Source of the DNA: Deltaproteobacteria bacterium
GTDB taxonomy: Bacteria > Desulfobacterota > Binatia > HRBIN30
NCBI GenBank assembly: GCA_016200585.1
Contig: JACQEN010000136.1
Coordinates: 19,499-83,498 of the forward strand
Direction of reading: 5' to 3'
DNA length: 64,000 nucleotides
The position numbers and the translations under genes were made by a program. The notes under the pieces were generated by a model, which saw only the letters and a program-made list of their open reading frames with translations, was not told the origin of the DNA and made no database searches. This document shows positions 1 to 8,892 of this stretch, one piece after another; the first letter of the stretch is position 1, and the number at the start of each line of letters is the position of its first letter.

Positions 1-341
1 TGTTCGCCTCGCCCGAGTACAACTTCGGCATGACCGGAGCGCTGAAGAATGCAATCGATTGGGCCTCGCGACCGCCGGGAAAATCGGTCTTGAGCGGCAA
101 GCCGGCGGCGATCATGGGTGCCTCACCCGGTAGCCTCGGCACGGCTCGCGCCCAGCTGCAGTTGCGTCAGAGTCTGTTGGCAACGCAGACGTATGCGATG
201 CTGCAGCCTGAGGTCCTGGTGGCCAAGGCACACGAGAAGTTCGACGCGCAGGGACGTCTCACCGACGAGCCGACACGCAAGCTGTTGCAGCGCTTCCTGC
301 AAGCGTTTGCGGAATGGGTGGCACGACTGCGCGTCGTGTGA
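1..341 (+). CDS. NADPH-dependent FMN reductase family flavoprotein, C-terminal part (5' end lies outside the window)
   Basis: The ORF 30..341 translation (ALKNAIDWASRPPGKSVLSGKPAAIMGASPGSLG...) matches the C-terminal half of NADPH-dependent FMN reductase-like proteins. The reading frame is open to the window edge. Confidence 0.55.
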   Translation, partial: FASPEYNFGMTGALKNAIDWASRPPGKSVLSGKPAAIMGASPGSLGTARAQLQLRQSLLATQTYAMLQPEVLVAKAHEKFDAQGRLTDEPTRKLLQRFLQAFAEWVARLRVV

Positions 342-380
342 GCCGGCTCACAGGCTCTGCTGCTTCCTGCGGGTGCGGCG

Positions 381-902
381 CTATCCGGCCAGCACGCGCT
401 GGTGGATCTCGTTGGTCAGCTTGTCGATGCGCTGACTGAGCTCCTGGGTAATCTGAGTCAGTTGCGTGTTCTGGCGCAACAGCTCGAGGGTCTGCGCCGA
501 ATATTGCGCGGCGAGATCCTGGCGTTCGATGCTGGCCTTGGCCAGGTCTTCACGGTGCCGCGCATCGGCGTCGGCATGGGCCTTGTCGCGATCGGCTTGA
601 CGGGTTTGTGCAAGCAGGATGAGCGGCGCCGCGTAAGCGGCCTGCAGGCTGAACGCCAGGTTGAGCAGGATGAAGGGATAGAGATCGAATTGCGTCAAGC
701 CGGCAACGTTGAGGCTGATCCAGATGGCGACGATGATTGTCTGTCCCACCAAGAACGTCGGGGTGCCGAAAAAGCGCGCGAAGGACTCGGCGCGTACTCC
801 GAACCAGCCGTCACCGAAAGCCGACGCCAGGTGCGTATGCGGAATGTGGAAGCGGAAATGATTGCCCGACGGGTCCTCGTGACGTGTCGTGGTTGACTGC
901 AT
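381..902 (-). CDS. DUF1003 family membrane protein
   Basis: 173 aa with two predicted TM helices. The FGTPTFLVGQTIIVAIWISLNV...FDLYPFILLNLAFSLQAAYAAPLIL signature is typical of DUF1003. A coiled-coil tail follows. Confidence 0.55.
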   Translation of the reverse strand: MQSTTTRHEDPSGNHFRFHIPHTHLASAFGDGWFGVRAESFARFFGTPTFLVGQTIIVAIWISLNVAGLTQFDLYPFILLNLAFSLQAAYAAPLILLAQTRQADRDKAHADADARHREDLAKASIERQDLAAQYSAQTLELLRQNTQLTQITQELSQRIDKLTNEIHQRVLAG

Positions 903-981
903 CGTACCTCCTGCGCAGCGCGAAATGTACAGCTGAGTCGCTTCTGCCAGCGACCAGGCCCGGGGTCAATAAAAGCGGCGC

Positions 982-2022
982 TCAGTGGTCGTGTCGGTGG
1001 TGCAGATCGGAGACGTGCGGATGCACGTGTCGCGTCGGTGCATGGGTGTGTGGGTGGCTGTGCGCGCCGTCGACGCGTTCGTCGTGGACGTGTTGATGGT
1101 GCTCATCATGCGTGTGGGCGTGCTCGTGCGTCAGCGGGCGATGCTCGTGCGCATGGCTGTGGCGTTCCAGGAATAGCGCGACGACGCCGCCGAGCATGAG
1201 CAGCGCGGCGGCTGCCTGGCGCGAACCAACCGGATCACCAAAGATCAGCGTCGCGGTTGCCGCGCCGAAGAACGGTGCCGTGGCAAAAAACGCTGCTTCG
1301 CGGGCTGCACCGATCAGGCGGAGCGCATAGGTATCAAGGACGATGCTCACGCCGTAGCTAAGGGCACCCAGCACGAGGGCCGCCGCAACGACGCGCATTT
1401 GCGGCAGGGGCTCTCCCAAGGCGTAGGTGATGAGGAGATTGCCGAGGCCGGCGGCGCTCGCCTTCCAGCAGACAATGGCGCGCGGATCGCGGAGCGACAG
1501 GCGCTGCGTCAGGTTGTTGTCGACTGCCCAGGCGATGCAGGCTGCGCAGATGCAAAGAACGCCCAGGGTCTCGGCGGAGAGCCTGCCGTAGTCGCCGAGC
1601 AGCGCCGCGCCAATGCAGATCAGAATTGCGGCAACTGTGGCGCGTTTGCCGATGTGCTCGCCGAATAGCGCGACGGCCAGGAGCATCGTGAACGGCGCTT
1701 CGAGATTGAGGAGCAGCGAGCCGGTGAGCGCTGAGACGCGCGCCAAGCCCACCAGCATGAGCACGGGGCCGAGCATGCCGCCGGTAAGAATGATGCCACC
1801 CAACCAAGGCAGATCGGTTCGTCGCAGCGGCGCCTCCGTCTGCGGTTGAGTGGCGGTCGAAACGCGGACGATCCACAAAGCGCTGGCGGCGCCGAGGTAG
1901 AGGAGGCTGGCCAGCACCACTGGACCGGCCTGCGGCACCAGCAGTTTGGCGATCGGAGCGCTTAGGCCGAAGAGGGCCGCCGCACCAATTCCGCACAACG
2001 CACCACGCCAGCGATCGGACAT
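982..2022 (-). CDS. DMT/EamA-family transporter with a roughly 60-aa histidine-rich C-terminal tail
   Basis: About 10 TM segments with EamA-like duplicated halves. The C-terminus (HSHAHEHRPLTHEHAHTHDEHHQHVHDERVDGAHSHPHTHAPTRHVHPHVSDLHHRHDH) has about 24 His in about 60 aa. Confidence 0.7.
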   Translation of the reverse strand: MSDRWRGALCGIGAAALFGLSAPIAKLLVPQAGPVVLASLLYLGAASALWIVRVSTATQPQTEAPLRRTDLPWLGGIILTGGMLGPVLMLVGLARVSALTGSLLLNLEAPFTMLLAVALFGEHIGKRATVAAILICIGAALLGDYGRLSAETLGVLCICAACIAWAVDNNLTQRLSLRDPRAIVCWKASAAGLGNLLITYALGEPLPQMRVVAAALVLGALSYGVSIVLDTYALRLIGAAREAAFFATAPFFGAATATLIFGDPVGSRQAAAALLMLGGVVALFLERHSHAHEHRPLTHEHAHTHDEHHQHVHDERVDGAHSHPHTHAPTRHVHPHVSDLHHRHDH

Positions 2023-2077
2023 CTGCAGCGCCTCTAGCGCGTCGCACCCGGCGGCGACAAGATAGAAGGTCCTTGCG

Positions 2078-2737
2078 TCAGTGCTTCTTGAAGGTCCCGA
2101 TGTACTCGACGACGTCGCGAATCTGCTGCGGCGTCAAACGCGACGACCATTCCGGCATGTACTTGGAACCATGAATAGCCTTCTCGGCGCCAAGCGAGAT
2201 CGAACGGGCGATTTCCTCCTCGTGTCCGTCGACGACGAACTTGGGAGAGGTGAAATCGCGCGGCTTGGTGTCTACGAGGGCTTCGGACACCGGCCCGTGA
2301 CCGTCGCCTTGCTGTCCGTGGCATCCCCAGCAACCGGCGGCGTTGTAGATGTCGCGTCCCGCCAAAACGCTTACATGTTTTCCGGGCGTCGACAGCTTGC
2401 GAATATAGGTAATGGCGGCTTTCAGGGCCTCCGGCTTGAGGATGCTGGCGACGGACATCGGCCCGTGCGAGGCGGCCATCAAGCCTTTGGCAATGTCCTC
2501 ATCGGTGCGGCCGGCATAGCGGGCCGAGTCGGTGAAATCGGGTAGCGGCTGCTTGAGGTCGGCCGCGAGCGGACCGTCGCCGCGCCCATACTTGCCGTGG
2601 CAGCTGGAGCAGAACTCGCCATAGAGCTGCTCGCCGCGCTCCGGCTGTGCGGTCGCGGCGGGTGCTTCAGCGAAGGCCGCGCCATTGCAAGCAACCAACA
2701 CCAGAGTCGTTGCCACTGCCACGAGTTTTGTACGCAT
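2078..2737 (-). CDS. di-haem c-type cytochrome (cytochrome c4-like), secreted
   Basis: Two CXXCH motifs (CSSCH, CWGCH). Signal peptide MRTKLVAVATTLVLVACNGAAFA. The start was chosen at ATG 2737, which is preceded by a GGAGGAG RBS. The longer upstream ORF extension is Pro/Arg-rich and non-protein-like. Confidence 0.8.
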   Translation of the reverse strand: MRTKLVAVATTLVLVACNGAAFAEAPAATAQPERGEQLYGEFCSSCHGKYGRGDGPLAADLKQPLPDFTDSARYAGRTDEDIAKGLMAASHGPMSVASILKPEALKAAITYIRKLSTPGKHVSVLAGRDIYNAAGCWGCHGQQGDGHGPVSEALVDTKPRDFTSPKFVVDGHEEEIARSISLGAEKAIHGSKYMPEWSSRLTPQQIRDVVEYIGTFKKH

Positions 2738-3176
2738 ACGTTCTCCTCCTCGATTCAAGCACAACAGATTTAGAAAAATGATCGGTCTTGCGCCATGCAT
2801 AATAATTCTCACGCAGAGGCGATGCGGCCACAAAGAAAGGAATGAGCCCGGGCTCGGGAATCGTCGGTATCCATATGGATCGTATCGTGGCTGCCGTAGG
2901 CGGAACACTGCCGGATTCAAGCAAGGCGAAGGCCGATCTTGGCAGGACGTTCGTAGTTGCCGAGTCGCGAAACGCCTCGCCGCCGCTTTCCAAGCTTGCG
3001 AATCAGACAACCGATTTGGGTAGCCGAACGCCTCCGGTGGTCGCAGAGTTAGTACGACCGGGTGCTGCTGAAGGGGGGGAGGGCCCCGCACAGGTAAACT
3101 CAGGGGAAGGCTCGCAACTTGCTGCCGTGCTCGGTGAAGTTGACCCCGAGTTTCATCAGAGCATGCAAAGGGAGGG

Positions 3177-4883
3177 ATGATGGCTGATCTGACTGGCGGG
3201 CAGGTACTGGCTCAATGTTTAGCGGCGGAGGGGGTTCGATTCGTCTTTGGGCTTCCGTCGCCTGAGATTGACCCGTTCTTGGCAGCGCTCGAGGCCGTCG
3301 GGATCCGTCTGGTGCCGTTCCGTCACGAGGCTGCCGGTGCGCACATGGCCGAAGGGTTGTACAAAACCACGGGCCAGGTGGCGGCGGTCATCGGCAACCC
3401 CGGCCCGGGTTCAGCCAACCTGCTTTCGGGTGTGATCACGGCGCGACACGAGGGTGTGCCGCTCATTGCCATCACCTCGCAGCATCGCTTGGGAATCGTC
3501 TACCCATCACCGCCATCGACCTTCCAGGGCCAAGATCAGCTCGACATCTACAAGGCAGCAGTGAAGTGGGGCGGGCCGATCTTCGCCTGGGAACGCATCG
3601 CCGAGGTCACGCGCATGGCCTTCCGCGAGATGTGGAACGGCCGCCCTGGACCGGTGCAGATCGAAGTACCGGCTCCCGTCATGTACGCCAGCGGTCCGCA
3701 ATCGGCGCTGCAATTCCTGCCGGCATCGAGCTATCGCCCGCTGTTGCCGGAAGCATCCGAAAGACAGCTGGCTGAAATCGCCGACCTCCTGTCCTCGGCG
3801 CAGCGGCCGCTGGTCATTGCCGGGTCGGGTGTCGACCGAGCCGGTGGCAGCGTGGCGATTCTGGCGCTGGTCGAACGGCTTGGTTGTCCGGTGATCTCTT
3901 CGATGTCGGGGCGAGCGGTGATTCCCAACGATCATCCGAATTGGCTGTACGGCATCGGCGCGGGCGGCGATGTCGCCAAACGCGAAGCCGACGTCGTCCT
4001 GGTCGTCGGTTCGCGTCTGGGCAATCTCGACCTGCCGTTCGACAAGTACTGGGGTGATTCGGCAAAGCAGAAGGTGATCCAAGTCGACGTCGACCCACGG
4101 CATATCGGCGTGACTCGACCCCTCGCCTTAGGAATCGTTGCCGACGCCCGGTCAACTATCGAGCGCTTGCTGCAGCGGCTCGGGTCGCCCGCCGTCGGCG
4201 CGAGCACGTCGGAGTTTTTGCAGCGTTGCCGTACGGCAGGAGCGGCTTGGTGGAAGGACCAGATGGGTGTGGTCGACGCCTGGAGCGGGCCGGGCCTACA
4301 TCCGGTGCAAGTCATGCGGGCAATCGGCCGCAGGTTTGGTCGCGACGCCATCTATGCCGTCGATGGCGGCTTCACCTCACTGTGGGCGCACTGGTTTTTG
4401 CCGCCGACGCGACCACGATCCTACCTCAACATCCTCGAGCTCGGCATGCTCGGCACCGGCATACCGTCGGCGCTTGGTGCCAAGCTCGGTAACCCGGATC
4501 GTACGGTCGTGTGTGTGACCGGTGACGGCGCGGCTGGCTTTCACTTCATGGAGATGCAATCGGCGGTGCGCGAAGGGGCCAAGCTGATCACCGTCGTCTT
4601 TGCCGAAGGGGCGTGGACCATGGAAGAGCCGAACGAGCAGATGCTTTATGGCCGCACCTTCGGAACGGCAATGGGGACGGTGCGTTGGGACATCGTCGCG
4701 CAAGGCCTGGGATGCGAGGGCATCTACGCCGACAGCTTGGAGGGCGTCGAGAAGGCGCTCGCGGCGGCACAGGAAAGCCAGCTCCCCACCGTGGTCTGTG
4801 TCAAGACGGATCGTGTCGCCAACATGAGCGTCGCGCCCGAAGCCGGAATGCGCTTCGCCGAAGTCTATCAGGGCCCGATATGA
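3177..4883 (+). CDS. thiamine-pyrophosphate-dependent enzyme (acetolactate synthase / sulfoacetaldehyde acetyltransferase-like)
   Basis: 568 aa with an N-terminal TPP-enzyme Pyr domain, a central domain, and a C-terminal PP domain carrying the GDGAAGF...EGAW motif (VTGDGAAGFHFMEMQSA). Confidence 0.8.
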   Translation: MMADLTGGQVLAQCLAAEGVRFVFGLPSPEIDPFLAALEAVGIRLVPFRHEAAGAHMAEGLYKTTGQVAAVIGNPGPGSANLLSGVITARHEGVPLIAITSQHRLGIVYPSPPSTFQGQDQLDIYKAAVKWGGPIFAWERIAEVTRMAFREMWNGRPGPVQIEVPAPVMYASGPQSALQFLPASSYRPLLPEASERQLAEIADLLSSAQRPLVIAGSGVDRAGGSVAILALVERLGCPVISSMSGRAVIPNDHPNWLYGIGAGGDVAKREADVVLVVGSRLGNLDLPFDKYWGDSAKQKVIQVDVDPRHIGVTRPLALGIVADARSTIERLLQRLGSPAVGASTSEFLQRCRTAGAAWWKDQMGVVDAWSGPGLHPVQVMRAIGRRFGRDAIYAVDGGFTSLWAHWFLPPTRPRSYLNILELGMLGTGIPSALGAKLGNPDRTVVCVTGDGAAGFHFMEMQSAVREGAKLITVVFAEGAWTMEEPNEQMLYGRTFGTAMGTVRWDIVAQGLGCEGIYADSLEGVEKALAAAQESQLPTVVCVKTDRVANMSVAPEAGMRFAEVYQGPI

Positions 4884-5038
4884 CCCGCCGCAGCCCGCCT
4901 TGGTCGATGTCGTCGCTTTTGTCGTTCTTCCGCCGAACCCCCCTGGCGCCGATGTAAGGGGGATCTTCGATTCGCTGGGGGGGCGACTGCAGTGCACGCC
5001 GCGTGTGAGGCACGGTTCCTGCTTTTGGATCGATTGTT

Positions 5039-8000
5039 ATGATCGGAACCGACACGACAACTGATCCCGCGCGCGCGCAGTTGAGGCGATCGGCTTCCGG
5101 CGCGCGCCACACCGCTATGGCGTACGGCTTGGCGGTTGCCGTGACCTTCGTCACGTTGGCCATTCGTGTGGCCCTGTCCAGCGATATCGATTCCGAGCCG
5201 GCGCTGATCATCTTCCTCCTACCGGTGCTTCTCAGTGCCTACATCGGTGGATTCGGACCGGGGCTGGTTGCGACCCTGCTCGGCGCCGCCGGCGCAAGAT
5301 ATTTTTTGCTCAATCCCGAGCACAGCTTCGCCCTCACGAAGCCGATTGATGAAGTGCGCTTGGCCTTGCTGGTGCTCGCCGGCATTCTAGCGAGCATCCT
5401 CAACGAGATGCTGCACCGTGCCCGCCGGCGCGCCGCCGAGGCCATGGATTCGCAGACACGAATTCTGGCGAAAATCGCGGCCAGAGCTCCCGGTCTGGTG
5501 TATGCATTTCGCCAGGGCCACGATGGTAGCTCGCATTTCGAGTACGTCTCGCCCGGCATCGAAGAGATTTGCGGAATCCACAGCGATGCGTTGCGTGACG
5601 GCGTGGGACGCGTGCTTGGCTTGCTGGACCCTGAAAGCGCACGCGCTGTGCTTGCGAGCTATGCGGCAGCCGCACGCGCCCACACTCCTTGGAGGTACGA
5701 GCTGCGTTTCACTACCCGCGATGCGGTCGAGCATTGGTTCGAGTGCAACGCGGTGCCTGAGATTGAGCCGGATGGATCCACTCTCTGGTGTGGCATTGTA
5801 ACCGACACCACCGACCGCAAGCGCGCCGAGCAGGCTTTGTATCTGAGCGAAGAACGATTTCGCCTGGCGATGCGCGGTGCAACCGACGGGTTGTGGGATT
5901 GGGACCTGCAGAGCGACGCGGTCTACTACTCGCCGCGCTGGAAGTCGATGCTCGGCTACGAAGAGCATGAGCTCGAGGCCCACGTCGACACCTGGAAGCG
6001 CTTGATCCACCCTGACGACGTCGGCCCGGCGCTCTTCAAAGTGGAAGATGCGGTGAAGGGTCGCTCGGCTGCATACGAAGCCGAGTTTCGCATGCGCCAC
6101 AAAGACGGCCACTACGTCAAGGTTCTCGCGCGCGGTTTGGTGGTACGCAACGCGGCCGGCAGAGCGCTGCGGTTGGTCGGAACCCATCTGGATATCACCG
6201 AGCGCTATCAGAGTGAGGAGCGCTATCGGGCGTTAATCGAGACGTCGTTCGACGCGATCTGGGAAGTCGATAGCGCCGGGCGCTGGACATTCATGAGCCC
6301 GAAGGGGGCCAGTCTACGCGGCTACGCGGCGGACGAGCTGTGCGGGCACACGACTTTGGAGTTCATGCCGAGCGACGAAGCCCTGCGTTTGGGAAAGATC
6401 TTGGCGGAAATAACCCTGCAACGGCTACCCTTCACTGGACTACGGTACACAGCCTTGCACAAGGACGGTCGCCGCATCGTTCTCGAGAGCAGCGGCGTGC
6501 CTGTGATCGGCCCGAACGGCGAGTTTCAGGGGTATCGTGGCAACGATCGCGATGTAACGGCGCGCCAACAGGCCGAAGAGGAGCTGCGCCTGTCGCGGGC
6601 GCAGCTCCTCGCGGCGCTGGAGGCCGGGGGCATGGGTACGTGGGTGTGGGACCTCGAGAAGGATGTGCTGTGGTGGGACGATGCGTCGCTGGCGATTTGG
6701 GGTCGTAGCCGCGCCGAAATCGGCGCCGGCCACATGGCGAACATTGTTTCGTTCGTCAATCCGGAAGATTTCGCCGGCATCGTGACCAGCACCGAGCCAC
6801 TGATCCGTGGCACGACGGATGAGTTGGTTGCCGAGCACCGCGTGCTGCGCCTTGATGGCGGCGAACGTTGGGTGCTGTCAAAGGGACGTGTCGATCGTGA
6901 CCAGACCGGACGTCCGCGGAGCATGACCGGTATCTACCTCGACATCACCGAGCGTAAGCAGATGGAGGAATCGCAGCTGCGGACGCAGAAACTGGAAGCC
7001 TTGGGTACCCTGGCAGGTGGCATCGCGCACGACTTCAACAACATCCTCCTGGCGATCTCTGGCAACACCAGGCTCGCCGCCGACGACGTACCCTCGGATC
7101 ATCCGGCCCAGAAAAGCTTGCGCGAGATCGCCAAAGCCAGCAGGCGCGCCACCGACGTGGTGCGACGCATCCTTGCCTTCGGCCGCGGCCATGAACCAAA
7201 GCGTGAGATCGTCGAGCTGCGACCGATTGTCGAGGAAGCTCTGGAGCTGCTACGTCCCACACTTCCGGCCACCATCGGAATCGGCACCGAGCTCGCCGGC
7301 GATGTACCACCTGTGGCCGCCGACGCTAGCCAAATTCAGCAAATCATTGTCAATCTGGCGACCAATGCAGCACACGCGATTGGTGCTGGCGGCGGAAGGA
7401 TTTGCTTGCGGCTGCAAGCGGTAGACGTCGATGCCGAGTCGGCCCGGGCGACGCCGAAATTGCAGGCCGGGCGATATGCTCGGTTGGACGTGAGCGACAC
7501 TGGCAGCGGTATGGACGCGGCGACGATGGCGCGCATCTTCGATCCCTTCTTCACCACCAAGCCGGTGGGGCAGGGGACGGGGCTCGGGCTGTCTGTGGTG
7601 CACGGGATCATGCAAGGATACGGGGGCGCGGTGTCGGTACACAGCACAGTTGGCCAGGGATCGACGTTCGAGCTCTACTTTCCGGCGGCCGGGGCTGCGG
7701 TGGCGCCGGCCCAAGCCGGATTGCGCCCGGCGCAACGCGGGCGAGGCGAGCGGGTGTTGTACGTCGACGACGACGAGATGCTGGTCGTGCTGATTGCGCG
7801 CGTGCTCGGAAATTTGGGGTATCAGGTGGAGGGCTGCAGCGATCCGCGCGAAGCGTTGCGGCGTTTCAGGGACCGGCCGCATGAGTTCGATGTGGTTGTC
7901 AGCGACCTGGCGATGCCGGGGCTGCCGGGGTTCAAGCTGGTAGAGGAGCTGCGGCGCGTACGGGCGGACGTTCCGGTGCTGCTGACCACAGGATATGCGC

Positions 8001-8122
8001 GGCCGGAGGACGAAGCGCGTGCACAGGCACTCGGCGTACGTGCGGTGATCTTGAAGCCGAACACGGTGAACGAGCTCGGTGACGAGCTCGTGCGCCTCTT
8101 CCAGCAGACGGGCGACGCATAG
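5039..8122 (+). CDS. hybrid sensor histidine kinase/response regulator with DUF4118-like membrane domain and multiple PAS/PAC domains
   Basis: 1027 aa. N-terminal KdpD-like DUF4118 TM domain (LPVLLSAYIGGFGPGLVATLLGAAGARYF). At least four PAS/PAC repeats. HisKA H-box (HDFNNILLAISGN), HATPase_c G-boxes (DTGSGMD, GTGLGLS) and a C-terminal REC domain (VLYVDDDEMLV...VVSDLAMPG). Confidence 0.85.
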   Translation: MIGTDTTTDPARAQLRRSASGARHTAMAYGLAVAVTFVTLAIRVALSSDIDSEPALIIFLLPVLLSAYIGGFGPGLVATLLGAAGARYFLLNPEHSFALTKPIDEVRLALLVLAGILASILNEMLHRARRRAAEAMDSQTRILAKIAARAPGLVYAFRQGHDGSSHFEYVSPGIEEICGIHSDALRDGVGRVLGLLDPESARAVLASYAAAARAHTPWRYELRFTTRDAVEHWFECNAVPEIEPDGSTLWCGIVTDTTDRKRAEQALYLSEERFRLAMRGATDGLWDWDLQSDAVYYSPRWKSMLGYEEHELEAHVDTWKRLIHPDDVGPALFKVEDAVKGRSAAYEAEFRMRHKDGHYVKVLARGLVVRNAAGRALRLVGTHLDITERYQSEERYRALIETSFDAIWEVDSAGRWTFMSPKGASLRGYAADELCGHTTLEFMPSDEALRLGKILAEITLQRLPFTGLRYTALHKDGRRIVLESSGVPVIGPNGEFQGYRGNDRDVTARQQAEEELRLSRAQLLAALEAGGMGTWVWDLEKDVLWWDDASLAIWGRSRAEIGAGHMANIVSFVNPEDFAGIVTSTEPLIRGTTDELVAEHRVLRLDGGERWVLSKGRVDRDQTGRPRSMTGIYLDITERKQMEESQLRTQKLEALGTLAGGIAHDFNNILLAISGNTRLAADDVPSDHPAQKSLREIAKASRRATDVVRRILAFGRGHEPKREIVELRPIVEEALELLRPTLPATIGIGTELAGDVPPVAADASQIQQIIVNLATNAAHAIGAGGGRICLRLQAVDVDAESARATPKLQAGRYARLDVSDTGSGMDAATMARIFDPFFTTKPVGQGTGLGLSVVHGIMQGYGGAVSVHSTVGQGSTFELYFPAAGAAVAPAQAGLRPAQRGRGERVLYVDDDEMLVVLIARVLGNLGYQVEGCSDPREALRRFRDRPHEFDVVVSDLAMPGLPGFKLVEELRRVRADVPVLLTTGYARPEDEARAQALGVRAVILKPNTVNELGDELVRLFQQTGDA

Positions 8123-8509
8123 AGTTCGCGTTGGCTCGATGCGTCGCGTCGTGGCGGCTGCGAGCTGTAACCGATCCGGAGTGACATTTGTCAGGACTCC
8201 ACATCGCTCAGACGATCGATTCAACTTTGCGACGGTCTGCGCGAGCGCTGCGATTCCACCTCTGTCGAAGATTCCGTCAGTCCAGTGTCGCTACCTTTGG
8301 CGCAACCGGCTGCTTGGCCGTGATTGCGTAGCGCGCGGCACGCCTCCTGCTCATGGGTTACAATGCGTGCAAGATCAGCCGTGCGGTCAATAGGCAGCGC
8401 CGGTTCGAATGCCTGAACCGGAACGATTGTGAATCGATCTGGAAGACAGGCAGCACAAAGGAATGTTTACCAATCGACGATCGGTGCACCCACAGGTGAA
8501 TTCAGATTG

Positions 8510-8597
8510 CTGGCGAAGACGCTACCACCCCGTTCGATCTGATTGCCCTGCCAACAACGTTCGCAGCGAGTAACAGATCGAAAGGCGTCTTCGCCAG
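8510..8597. repeat. nested perfect inverted repeat (13-bp outer arms CTGGCGAAGACGC/GCGTCTTCGCCAG, 9-bp inner arms TTCGATCTG/CAGATCGAA) in a 770-bp intergenic region
   Basis: Read directly from the sequence. Outer arms are at 8510-8522 and 8585-8597; inner arms are at 8533-8541 and 8574-8582. Together they predict a long, 88-nt two-segment stem-loop. Confidence 0.5.
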
Positions 8598-8892
8598 CGA
8601 TGAAGTCTGGTCCCGGCGGCCGGGTGTCCGCGGTCGCCTGCAAACTGTTGCGTTGCAGCTGGGGCGTCACCAACAAGGAGCGTCGAGAGGGTACTGTCTC
8701 AGTTTGATTGCGAGCGCGAAGCTTGACAACGTCTGCGGCGGCAGCGCATAAGCCAAGCGGGGCAGGGAAGCAGCAAGTCAGTTTTGAATGGGGGCAACGT
8801 CCGTCGCTTGCAGATGCGATTGGGGCTATCGCTTGCCGTAGGCTGGCTGATGCGAATCCAGGCTCGAACGATAACCATAGGGAGAGAAAACA

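Noticed and set aside
3000-3176. Possible TPP riboswitch upstream of the TPP-dependent enzyme
   Set aside because: The 5' UTR lacks the conserved CUGAGA/ACCUGA core of the THI element. Also, a TPP-using enzyme, unlike a thiamine biosynthesis or transport gene, is not expected to carry one.
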